Of a stretch of 64,000 nucleotides of DNA, positions 28,001 through 39,924 are shown piece by piece. The stretch's first letter is position 1; each line of letters starts with the position of its first letter. Where the stretch lies: contig CT868033.1 in the NCBI GenBank assembly GCA_000165425.1, forward strand, positions 62,001 through 126,000, written 5' to 3'. The DNA comes from Paramecium tetraurelia. Taxonomy: Eukaryota. The notes beneath the pieces are model-generated. The model was given only the letters and a program-made list of their open reading frames with translations, had not been told where the DNA came from and ran no database searches. The position numbers and the translations under genes were made by a program.

Positions 28001-28281
28001 TGTGTAGTGAAACAGAAGAATGACAAGACTGTGATATTTCAAGGTCAGCAAATTAAATAAACTAAAAACATAGAAGCAGAAAACATGAATCTAAGTAATA
28101 ATTCAAACGATCTAATTTAGATGCGGCAGCTATGTAGGTATTGGATTAAGTGAATGAATAAATTTCTATAGTTAAAGATTAAATTAATGATATTAAATCT
28201 AGCTTGGCTTAAAAGGAAGATGAGATAGTGGAAAAGTGTAGGAGAGCCATTAGATATGAATTGGGAACAGTGATTTATTGA
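25053..28281 (+). CDS. Slo/BK-family K+ channel (6TM plus two RCK domains)
   Basis: S4 RILRVFRIVR, pore TIVTLSTVGYGDV, RCK1 PHIIICG..FCNELFHQDH, LLAKSCFCPG, RCK2 NHIVVCG..PLRAKY, LTCQAYYNPH, IPLGLYR..PYVYTNPP. The first intron (25178-25197) is only 20 nt. The upstream ATG at 24936 is closed by an in-frame TGA. Confidence 0.95.
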
Positions 28282-28879
28282 TGGTGAACAGAATATTTCG
28301 CTAAATTTTATATATATATATATAGTAATTAATTAATTTTAGTACCAGCAGAAACTATTAAACAATTATCTCACATATAAATGATATATGTATATTTGTA
28401 TAAAAAATGAGAGTAGAAAAGGGGAGAGCAGTGAAGATTAGAGCTAAATTCAAAATTTCTAATTTTGTTATATGACGCAGTTTTAATAAGTATTGTAGTA
28501 TGTTGTGATATTAATATATTTTTTACCCGATATTTCTTATTTCTTTGACTGTTAGAGTGCAAGTAAGAGTTTTTCGAAATACAATAAAGGGTCTAATTAT
28601 TAGTATTACAAATGAGGCTTTATTTGAAATTATTTTTGATAATTCTAACTTTTACTTTCAAACATGTATTTGTTTGTTACAGTTAAGAAAAGTATTTTAT
28701 TTTTGAGTCGAGGAAGATCTAGGTTTGTCTTTCGGGCCAAAATGGATACGAATTTCATGATTTAAAAGTTGGAAATATAAAAATTGAAATATGTGGCAAT
28801 AATATCTAAATTAGAGCAATTATGAAAATAGTCGTTTTTTAAGGAATTTGTGAAAACAAATATTTCAATATTATTTTTT

Positions 28880-30940
28880 ATGTAAAACAGAACTCTAGTT
28901 TTGGTGCTGTTAGTTTGCGCTGCAGTGCAAGTATTTGGAGAACCAGTTGTTGTCTCCTAATCCTTCACAGGAAATGATTTTGCAGATGCTGATGGTAAAA
29001 ATATTAATTAATGAATTAGGTTGGGTTACTGCTGGAGGACCAGCTCACGTTACAGAATGCAGTGGCACAAAGATGTTCGGAGGTTTCAATAAATTCGGTG
29101 CTAAGGCTGTTGCAAGTAAAGTTTTTGAACTTCCCCCACATTCATTGATTAATTTGAAGCTTCAATTTTGGAAGTATGATACATCAATAAACGTTTAGGA
29201 TTGACTCATGGGACAATGAAGAAGGATATATCTTTGTTGATGATTAATTAGTTTGGTCAAGAAAGTTCTAATACAATGAAGGTGATGGACAAAAATGTGG
29301 TCAAGGTGGTGATTGGAAGGAAATGCTCGTCAATCTCAATTTGAACATTAAGCACACCGGTCCAACAGCCGTTGTTGTTATCACATCCAACTTGAATGAA
29401 GCTGCCGATAATGTAAGATAATAAATGTGACATTTTTATAGGAATCATGGGCCTTCAGAGACTTTGTGATTGCAGTTGAAAAATGTCCAAATGGATGTTC
29501 TGCTTGTTAAGTTGACGAAAAGGCAGAGAGCTGCAGTTTCTGGTAATCCTTTTCTTCCAGTTGGGGAGCCTTAGATGCTAACTAACTCGGAGCTGATGGT
29601 TGGGATGTTGCTGGTGGAGCCTCATCTGCTACACAATGCGGTGCTGCTGCTTTGTTCGGTGGTTTTGATAAGACAGGTGCTAGAGCAGTCGTCAGTAAGG
29701 TTCTTAAGGTCAAGCCCCATTACAAGCTTAAGATTAAGGTTCTTTGGGCTAAGATTGACTCTTGGGACAATGAAGCTGCTTAAATCAAGGTCGACGGAAA
29801 ATTAGTTTGGGAAAGAAGATTCTAATGGCATGAGGGTTACTTCGGTAAGATCTGCGGTTGCCCAGTCTTCGAATGGAAATCAATGTTTGCAAGAACAGAA
29901 GTCGATATTGATCACACTGGTGAATAAGCCAAGATCGAATTCACATCCACTCTTGATGAAGCACCAAACAATGAATCTTTCGGTTTGAGAGATTTGTACA
30001 TCTACTTGGCTGCTTGTTCTGACAACTGTGCTGAATGTACAGGACCAAAGGATACTGATTGCAAGAGTATTATTACAATATATTCTAAATAGAATGCTCC
30101 AACAACTGGGCTTTAGTCGGAGGTAAATGCCAAGCCTTACCAAACTTCATTCTCTTGGAATAATCCTTCTTGGAAGACAAATTCACAGGAGTCAACGGTT
30201 GGGTTCTCACAGGAAACAAGGCAGGAAGAACAGTTGCTGAATGCAATGGTAAATCAATGGTTGGAGGTTTTGATATTATGGGTGCTGGTGGTAAGGCTAC
30301 CAAAACATTTGAAATCCCACCACACAAGAGACTTAGATTATAAACAACCATCTATAAGATCGACTCCTGGGATGGAGAGTTCATGATGATCAAGGTCGAC
30401 GGAACTGATGTTTGGAAGACATCTTGGAATCTTTAAACCGGAGGTGCCAATATTTGCGGACAAGGTGTTTGGTGGGACGGTTTCACCGGTGTTGATGAAA
30501 TCTTCAATCATCAATCTCCAAAGGCTGAAATCATCTTCACATCTACTTTAGATCAAGATGCTGCCGATGGTATTGTTATCTTTAATTGCTTTAGAATCAT
30601 GGGGTTTCAGAGACTTCAAATTATGGTATGAACCAAAGGAAGCCTGCGCTGTCTTCTACAGTGAATGCGACTTCAAGGGAGCTTCATTCGAATTCTGCTC
30701 TAAATCACCAAACTTCTAGAATGACAACATTCCTCCTTAAATTAGATCCATCAAGGTCCCACCTTAAGGAAGAGTCACCCTTTACGAGAGCACCGATTAT
30801 AACGGAAAGAAGGTCACCTATTCATCAGATCAAGCTTGCATCCAAAGCTTTGATGTAAATTATTTTAATTAATAAATTAGTTTGCCCTTATCCAAATGAG
30901 CGGACACGTTGAAGGTGGCTGGGTTGAAGTTGAATAATGA
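28880..30940 (+). CDS. Secreted protein with three repeated KIDSWD domains and a C-terminal beta/gamma-crystallin domain (ciliate secretory-granule/cortical family)
   Basis: Signal peptide MQNRTLVLVLLVCAAVQVFG. Three repeats of GW..C..GGF..PH..KIDSWD.E..VD..VW..CG..H..S.LD..ES[WF].RD, Cys-rich linkers, and crystallin motifs AVFYSECDFKG and IRSIKVPP..VTLYESTDYNG. Six short introns. Confidence 0.85.
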
Positions 30941-31003
30941 TCTAATATATACATATCATAGGGATCTAAAAATAACATCATTTTTAAATATATAATAGCA
31001 ATA

Positions 31004-33249
31004 TCATTTAATTTGTGATAATAGTCCAAATTGTTCAAATAATTGATCACAATAATAAAATTGGTGGCTAAATAACTCCTATAGAAACTAATCGATTGCC
31101 TTCATCTGCTTTTTTACTGTCTCATGATCCTACAATGAAACCCTTAGGTTTCTTTCCTACTATATGATCTTGGTGGCCTCTTTTATCTCCTCGATTGTCT
31201 TCTTGCACTCTGTCACAATTGTTCTTTTCTCTGTCTAAATTGTGAATCTCAAACTATAGTAAACAATTTGTGCAAATGCCTCTGACACTTCCGAATTAAA
31301 GCAATCCACCTTGATTTATTTGATCTACAAAAAGTACTCCTTCTAAATAGAATTCATGAACTTATTGCTATGTCTTTGTATTCTGGTCTCCTCTTCTATC
31401 TTCTTAACCAAACCATACTTATTCATAATGGCTTCTGGAACATTGAAAAACTCTAGTATTTCTTTCCTCATCAGAATGGGATTCTAACTCATCCCATCCA
31501 ACCATTGTTGAATGTAAAACAATTTCTTCTCAAGTTCAGCATCCCCATAGGATGGTTTAGGTAAATGTCCATTTGCCAATTGATATAACTCTACATATTG
31601 GCAATTCTAGACCCATTGATCATTCTTCACTTTTATGGTTATGGGAATCAGAGTTTTATGTTAATAGTTAATCAATTTTTTAACCACTTGCCTTCCAACA
31701 ATGAATTACACCTTTTCCATCTTCTATTAAACATAAACGCCACTCTCACTCTCATCTTCGGATAAATTGGCTGAACTCAATTCATCCTTATACCTTTCAT
31801 AATCACTTTTCTTGTCATCATATAAGTCACTATTTTAGGATTTGTTGTCATCATTTTTATCTTAAAATTCTTCGAAACTTTTAATTCTCTTAATCATTCT
31901 GTTCCTCTTTGCAATAAGTCCTTCATCTTTTTATTTCTTTTTCTTCTGTTACTTTTTCTTGTTTAATTCTTATTGAATCTGCTAAGGAATCACAATCAAT
32001 TTATCAGGATATTCATTATCTTCAACAAATGGAAATTTTTATTGAATTTAAGGAATAGGTTCTTACTTTAATGGACTCTCAATCCCACCTAATTTATCGA
32101 TATCAACAATTTATTATTATTATTGAACTTCAGGTTAGATCTCGTTGGATGATTAATGTTCATAGCATTTCAACTCTTCCAATTGATCCTCTTCAACGTT
32201 CCTTGTACCTCCCTTATTTATTTTATCAATCTCATCGTCAGAACGAATCCCTTATTGTTGCTCTTACTTTTGCTCATGATCTTATTTAATTTCTCTTTGA
32301 GAGAGGGATCTCTTTTCAGAAGCTTGACTTCTTCGAACGAAGTGTGTTTTTGGGATATCCTCCTTAAATGAAGGGTAGGAGATTTCTTCTGATTGGGAGT
32401 TCTCTTCAATAATAATTTAGGATGATCTAACTTTTAGTTTGTTTTTGTGTTTTGGCGAATCAACAACTTCAATTTGCTTATCCCAGATGTCATCTTCATC
32501 TTTAGAAAATACAATGTCCATGATGGCTGGTTCAGGATTTTTAACATCTAATTTGTTTGATTATCTCGTTTGATTAATGAGGAATTAAGCCACTTAAGAA
32601 GTAGGGTGTTGTTATTGATGACCTTATCCTTATAGCTATTGATGATTTTAAACTTATTGAGTCACCAACAGAGGATCTTGGACTGTGGATTCATTCAATT
32701 CATGTAATTCGATCTCTTCAAAATAAGTGTTTGGTTGAAACTTCAATAGGATCAAGTACTAAGCTACAAAACTGTCTTATTATTCGAAGAATTCACAAAA
32801 AGGGTCTAAAAAACGCAATGATATGAATAGTTACTGTATTCCAATGGGTCATCTCCTCTGTATCGTTAGTAGATCACCAGGAGGGATGAGAGCACTAAGC
32901 TGAGTAGGTCAAATAATTTGAGAATGGCTTCGTTGCAAATTAAATTGAATAGAAAAATGAAGGGCAAGAAGTTTAGGAGTGATTCTTGATGAAAGATTAC
33001 TGTGATTCCAAATGAGTAAAATAATCCAATGATTAAGAAGAGACAACATAAAGCAGATAGTAAGTCTTTGCTTAGGAGTGCTATAAATAATTCAATGATT
33101 TGAACGATGGCGATTTGGAGTTGAAAGCCAATCTTGACCTTTAAGGCAATGGTTTCTGGTTTATTTCTAACTTACTTGTATCCTTTGATTTTCATTTGCG
33201 CATAGCCAGCATACACCAGAGGAAATAGTCCAATAGCAAATTAATCCAT
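31004..33249 (-). CDS. Membrane protein with N-terminal TM helices, low-complexity linker and possible degenerate C-terminal PX-like domains
   Basis: Hydrophobic N-terminal ~125 aa and a 28-nt intron. The C-terminus has LPKPSYGDAELEKKLFYIQQWLDGMSQNPILMRKEILEFF, resembling PX helices. Confidence 0.6.
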
Positions 33250-33276
33250 AATAATTAATAAAGTAATATTATTATA

Positions 33277-33555
33277 TCACTATGCGAAGGTCACTAATTT
33301 GTCAGGACAGTGGGGTTGCTGCGGTTCTGAATGGGAAATCTCAATTGATTACCCCTCCAAAGTAGTGTTGCTTTCCTTCTTCGTATAGGCCATTTCAGAA
33401 TAGCGAACACGCTGATGCAATCTTCTATGTTCTCTTTGAATGAGTATGATTATAGCAATTACCAGTAACACAACAACAGCAAAAACTCCAATAAATACAT
33501 ATATCGCTATGGAATTAGAGTGATGAGATTATCTAGTAGAATTAGATGAGTTCAT
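33277..33555 (-). CDS. Small single-pass membrane protein, 92 aa
   Basis: MNSSNSTRQSHHSNS, then the TM segment IAIYVFIGVFAVVVLLVIAIIILI, a basic stop-transfer QREHRR, and TGA. Intronless. Confidence 0.72.
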
Positions 33556-33681
33556 CGATAAAATTGATAATTATTTATTTATTAAATCTATTTTCAATTT
33601 ATTATGTGCTTTTACTCGATTTCGATCTTTGCATAATATTCACTTACCCTAATTTAGATAATTAAAATATTATATAATTTA

Positions 33682-35005
33682 ATGAATAAGAGATCTGTAA
33701 CTTAGACTGAGAGAGCAAACAGTGCAGCAGCAGGCAAGACCCAAATTAGTACATAGCACAAATAAACTTTTATGACATAAGCATAGAAAACTGAGCATTT
33801 GTATAATCCCATTGATATATTTAAGAATCAATGAAATAGTTGAACAGGAGTGTCCTATCTACACGCAATATAAATAGAAGAACACTAAGTATCCAATCAT
33901 GAAGATTAAGGAATTTAAGAAGCCGAAAGCAGACCCTGTCGATCATACTGATTATATTAAGTTTAAGACTATGAAGAATAACTTTGTGAAAGAGTACAAG
34001 GAGAAATTAGATAATTATTTTGAAAACAATACGAAATATGAAAGAAGATTCTTCAAAATATATCACAGGAAAGATCAGATTTATTTTAAGCATCAGCAAT
34101 CCTCCTAAAAACACATTGAAAATCCAGAAGTTACTGACATGAGAACATACAATTAGATCCTGTAGATGAATCAGCAATAGACTCAACGAGCCAATTACAA
34201 TAAACAACAAGAAAAGAGGAGAAGAGAATTGAAGTTGGAAGAGAAGGAAGAAAAGGAGTATATTAAACTCATTATGGACAAGTTCTTGAAAGAAGAATAG
34301 AAGTATTTTGACAAATTGAGCAATTTGGAGGAGCAAGGCCAATAGATGTTTCAAGAAAAAGTACAATTGAGAAATAAATATACTCATGATTACATTAAGA
34401 ATCCATAAAGGGAATTCGTAGAGAAGAAGGATCTCATCATAAGCAAGGCTATACAAGTTCCAGATTACATGAATTCATCAGTTATAAGCAATGCTGGATC
34501 GCAAATGTAATCATAACCAACTCTAGGTTAAGCCAACATGCCTTTCTCTAGTGCATTCTCGAGTTTCCAATAACTCCCATCTTTTAAAAATGTGCTACAT
34601 CGAATGAATTCAAATGCTCTATATCAGTTGCCAGTACCATAGATTCAGGAATACGACTTAAAACCAGGAGAGCAAATCAAAAAGCCATCTACTTATCAGA
34701 CACAATAGATTTTAGATCTCTAGAGATTGATTACATTAAATGAAAAGATTGAATTCACATTTAGAATCGTCAGTGATCCTGCATTGTTAAGATTGGTGGA
34801 TACCAATGGCTGCACACTCTTGCATTAAGCAGCCTTGAAGGAAAGAAATGGGATTGCCAAGTTTCTGTTGATTAAGGGGATTGATTACAAGAAGACAGAT
34901 AACAAGGGAAGAACTGCTTTGGACATAGCGATTTCATAAAAAAACCAAAAACTTATAGATTACATCAATTAAATTAAGAAAAAAGGACTCAAAGATATAA
35001 ACTGA
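33682..35005 (+). CDS. Coiled-coil protein with C-terminal ankyrin repeats
   Basis: DTNGCTLLHQAALKERNGIAKFLLIKGIDYKKTDNKGRTALDIA. One intron near 33801-33825. Confidence 0.82.
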
Positions 35006-35068
35006 AATCATTTTGTATTTATTCTCAGAATTCTCAATTCAATTTCATAAAATAATAATAATACCAAT

Positions 35069-35858
35069 ATGTAAGTCGATCAACCTCTTCACACTCCAGC
35101 CAAAAAAAACTGCACCTTCAAAGTCGATGGCAGACCAGATGGAGAAGGGTATTACTTTAAGTCATATACAAGTTATTTGAACAAGAACGATTCCACATAT
35201 GGCATCATCGTCATCTAGGAATGGTGGGGTTTGAATGAATCAATGGTCAAAACCACTGACAAACTTGCTCAGAAAGGATTCCAATGCATCTCTCCAGACA
35301 TATACAGAGGAAAGGTTGCCCAAAATAGAGAAGTATCATTTCTTTGTTCTAGAATAATCCCAGGAAGCTGGCCATCTTCTAAGTGGATTAGATTGGGAAG
35401 GAGCAGTAAGAGACATTGAAGGAGCAGCAAAACATTTAAAAGAGCTTGGATGCACAAAGGTCGGTGTTACAGGGTTCTGCATGGGAGGAGCATTAGCCAT
35501 AGCATCCATCTCATTCTCCAATTCAATTGATGCATCAGCTCCTTTCTATGGAGTGTGTGATTTGAACACTTTCAAATTGGATAACATCCAAGGACCTATC
35601 TATGGTCATTTTGGAGAGAAGGACGAAATGAAAGGATTTTCATCGCCAGACGATGGTCAAAGATTAGTTGATGCTGGAAAGAAGGCAGGAAAAGATGTCA
35701 CAGTCAAGTAACTATGAATTGCTATTTCAAATAGAATTTGGCCAGGTGTAGGACACGCCTTCATGAATCAAGATAGACCAGAGGCTTATAATGTGGAAAC
35801 AGCACAATAAGCCTTAGACGAAGTGACAGCTTGGTTTAGAAAGGTATTCACATAATGA
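35069..35858 (+). CDS. Dienelactone hydrolase family (carboxymethylenebutenolidase-like)
   Basis: GIIVIQEWWGLN, SPDIYRG, nucleophile VGVTGFCMGG, GHFGEKD and GVGHAFMN (Cys-Asp-His triad). Three introns. Confidence 0.94.
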
Positions 35859-35993
35859 TATATTTATTATTAACAGAGTCATTATTTGTTTATCAATCTA
35901 TTTTATACAAAAGTGAATTGAAATCTTTCTAAACTTAACTAACTCCCTCACAGAATTCCCACTAAATATAATACTATAATTTTATAAATTTTT

Positions 35994-37841
35994 TCAATCA
36001 GAGACTATAAACTCTTCATACTCTTCGATTAATTAGTGAACATAATTCAAGATTTTGTATTCTTACAAAGCAATTTTAAAACATTGTGAAAAGTCGTAGT
36101 ATTGTGAAGAAGTGATTTTGAATCGTTTGTGAATGATTTGCAAGTCTTATTTCTTGAAAAACCTAACTCCGTAGAGCAATAAGTTTAATTTGCAAAGTAT
36201 GCTTTTGCCCATCTCCGCCTCTTCAGTTTCATATATTTTATTCAAATGCCTTTAAAAAAACTCGTACTCTAAAATTTAAACCAATTTGGGTATTAGATAT
36301 TCTTGGCCTAAACTAAGAATCTGTTGTTCTCGAGTTTCCCCTAAAATGATTGGCTTGATCTCATCCCAATCTTCAATAAAGTCTTAGATCACTAAATTAT
36401 CATCAGTCAGATCTTTGACAGACTCAACAGCCTTCTGTTTGAACCTATCAAAAATCTTCTCGTTTATTATGGCTTTTTTTGAATGAATTAAATATAAGTC
36501 TTCTCTCGTTACAGCCTTTATGTTGTAACGAAAAAAGTAATGGAAAATATTGCAGCAATGTGAAATAAATCGTTGTCGTCCTCTGCGTTGGATTAATTCA
36601 GATAACATTGCATCTTATGAACAACTGTTCACAAAATTCTCAATGAATTAATTGAAACCTAACTAATTCACATAATGTTGGAGATCATCTTTATTTATTA
36701 TTGCATATTTGTAGATGTCCATTCTTCTTAAGAGTTGTCTGATATTCTTCCAAGGTATACCTGTCTATTACAAAGTTAAAGACAAGTAATATTTAAAATT
36801 TGTAAGCTGCACATTTGTCAAAGCATACTTGACATGTCGTTCTCTCAGCACTTAACAAGAGTAATTGGGTGAATCCAAATGATATATTAATTAAAAGAAG
36901 AGTCTAGCAAATTTCAATTCCTAAGTGGCGACGTCAATATTCTCAAAATAAGGTGATAATGTGACATCTGATAGGATTTTTTTATACATGAGTTTGGTGA
37001 TGGCTTTGATGCCTTCTTCTCCTCCATAAATTTCAAATTCCAGTATTTCATTAAGTATGTAAGGCCGGACATTTTCGATCCTTTCACAACAATTGAACAT
37101 TTTTTCTGTAGAGATGTTCAATTGCATGTACTTATTAAGAAAGTGGTACTTAAACTTGAAAAAGTGAGCATGTGTTAATTACATGCCTAAATGTATGACT
37201 CTTAGACGAGGCAAGTCTAAAAACATTTATTGATCATACGCAGTAGCTAGAAGATTTCTAAATACTTATTTCACTCCAGGTTGATTTTTATTAGGAAACT
37301 TAACACTCAACATGTTATCTTTTCTTGTAATATCCAAATATATTTGGTCCACTTCAAAATTCAGTAACTCATCTGTCCCTTGAGGCTTCGGTGCTACTTT
37401 CCGCTTTCGAGACAGGTCCATCAAGTATCCCTTAATTATTTAATCCTACGATTTGATTGGTACCAATTACTATTAACTGTGAAACTTAGTTGATTTTCGA
37501 ATAACATCATTGAATAATTCGGAGTTTCGAATTAAGCAATAGTTTTTATCCTTTTATTTCCACTCGTTTTTACGGAATTGTGATAGACCTGACATGTTGC
37601 TCTTTTCACTTTCTAATGTTTTAAATCGCAAACTCAACGGAGGATCAATATGTGTGGTCTTAGATGTGGTGATGGCATAACTAAAATTTTATTCAATTTG
37701 AATGGAATTCTTCTGAGGTTGATATTTAGTAAGTAGGAACACTGGATTCTGTTTGGGCAGTCTTCTTTTTTCAGGCTGCTTTTGTCTGATAGTATACGTT
37801 TCCAAAAAATCCTTAAACGATTTCTGAGTGTCTTATATCAT
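35994..37841 (-). CDS. Protein with four tandem truncated (2/2) haemoglobin-like domains, paralog A, 615 aa, intronless
   Basis: Domain 2 reads YGGEEGIKAITKLMYKKILSDVTLSPYFENIDVATQELKF..LRERHVKYALTNVQL. The other three repeats keep the F8-His motif (LRVIHLGMQLT, LYLIHSKKAII, LQIIHKRFKIT). Confidence 0.85.
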
Positions 37842-37862
37842 AAAAACAAATAAAAATTTAAA

Positions 37863-39924
37863 TCAATCAAAAACAATATGTTTCTTGTAGTCATCAATAA
37901 CATCGAGGACCCATTATAGTTTAGATGGTTCATCCTGCATGACAGCCTTCATGGCCTAAAATAAATAGGGAATGTTAACTTATTAAAATTCAAAATACGC
38001 TTGTTCACGAATTCGTAATCTCTTGTGAAGTACTTCAATGTCTGTACGTTTGTAGAAATGCAATCCGTACAGAATCAAATTTAATTTGCATTTCAAATTG
38101 GGACCAACTTGAGATTCATTGTCCTTTGATAAAATGATAAAACTATTTTACTTCAAATACTTTGTACAGCAGTGGTCGTTGCATGATTTCATTTTCTAAT
38201 TTAGATGCAATCCGATTGACAACCGCCTAGCCTCCAAGCAATTTAATAGTAGTCTTTTTAGGTTTATTCATTAAGATGGGTGTAATTTCCTCCCAATCCT
38301 CTTCGAAATCACTTAATAAAATTGGATCATTTGTTACTTTGCTGACTGCTTGCATAGCTTTTTCCTTGAATTTCCTATAGACCTTCTCTGAAATTATGGT
38401 TTTGTTTTTATGAATAGATTCGATGTCATCATCAGTGATTGATTTCACATTGTCTCTGAAAAAATAGTGAAAGACATTTTCACAATGCGCAGTAAATCTT
38501 TACTTCCCTCTCTTCTAAACTAGATCATAGAGAATGGGTTCACTCGAGCACAGACGCACAAAACTCTCAATAAATTCTCTGTATCCTCCAGGAGCATTAT
38601 TGATGCATTCCTAAAGCGATGGCTTATTCAATATAGCAAACTTATAGGTGTCCATCTTCCTTAGCAATATTCTCAAATTTTTGTAGCTTATACCTAACTT
38701 TTGTAGAGCAGTAGATAGATAGAATTTGAAATTAGCCAATTGAACATGTGTCAATTTATACTTGACATGTCTTTCTCTGAGCACTTCAAGTGTATAGTTC
38801 GGAGACTCAGTATGATCTATTAATTATGCGAAGAGCTTAGCAAATTTAGTGGCCTACTCTTCCAATTCAATTGCCTTGAAATACGGACTTAATGTGTAAT
38901 CTTTGAATATCTTCTCGTACATGTTCTTAGCCACTTCATTAATTCCTTATTCTCCTCCGAATATTTCGAAATCACTCCTCTGATTAAGAATCAAAGGTTT
39001 AAAATTTTCCAATTTGTAACAACCCTTAAAAAGCAGCTCTACAGGAGTCTCCATCTCCATATATTGATTGATGAACAGATATTTGAATCTAATGAACTAT
39101 TCTTTCTTTATAAAGAGTGGAGCATGAATACTCCTCATCCTGAATTGATCAAGTAGTATTTCCTAAGTGTATCCTATTCCCAAAATACTTTTATATATAT
39201 CCTTCAGGTATTTGAGGTGTTTTCCATAGTACTTATTTTTTAACTGCCGATCTAAAATGACTCTATTATAAAGAGACTCAGAATGCTAATCAAGGAGCTC
39301 GTTGCTACCATATTATTTGATTTGGGTCTTAATTATCTTTTAGAATTTAGTCTCAAAAAATTTGCTTATGATTTCCGTTTATGTCTTTGGAAGTTGCTTT
39401 AATTCACGGTGTTGCTGCTACACTTTAGGTCTTCTAAGCTACTCAAGTTGCTCATGGACATTTCTAAGACTGTTGCTATGGGGATTCCTAATCTTATGTT
39501 AAAAGGGAGTAAATTTGAAATGAACCGGAGTATTGGGTAGAACAACATCGCAGATCTAGGAATCACTAATCATTGGTAAATGATAGAGCGTTTTGGTTGG
39601 TGACTACTCTTGACTTCTAAAACTCTTCACTTTATTTACAAACTCATTAATTGTGACCTGACTTTGTGAGCCATGCTTAATTATGAACTGATTCCGAGGT
39701 TCCTAGTGTAGTAAAGAACTTAACTATTTTTCAGATCTTTATTTCTTTGACACTGTTGGAGAAGTCTAAAGTGAAGATAATTATCCTGTGCATTAGAATT
39801 TTTGATCGTCCTTCATCTATTGCTATTGCATGAAATCTCTAAATGTCATGCTTTTATTATCATTCTTGAGATTCTCAGTTGGAAATTTGAATGGACATCT
39901 AGAAGAAGAGGTGACATTACTCAT
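37863..39924 (-). CDS. Protein with four tandem truncated (2/2) haemoglobin-like domains, paralog B, about 669 aa
   Basis: FGGEQGINEVAKNMYEKIFKDYTLSPYFKAIELEEQATKF..LRERHVKY, plus MRSIHAPLFI, IESIHKNKTII and LLGGQAVVNRIA..IEVLHKRLRI. Introns at 38124-38151 and probably 37956-37979. Confidence 0.85.

Noticed and set aside
28880..30940. Repeats as a CRISPR array or transposon
   Set aside because: They are degenerate protein-level domain repeats within a spliced eukaryotic gene.
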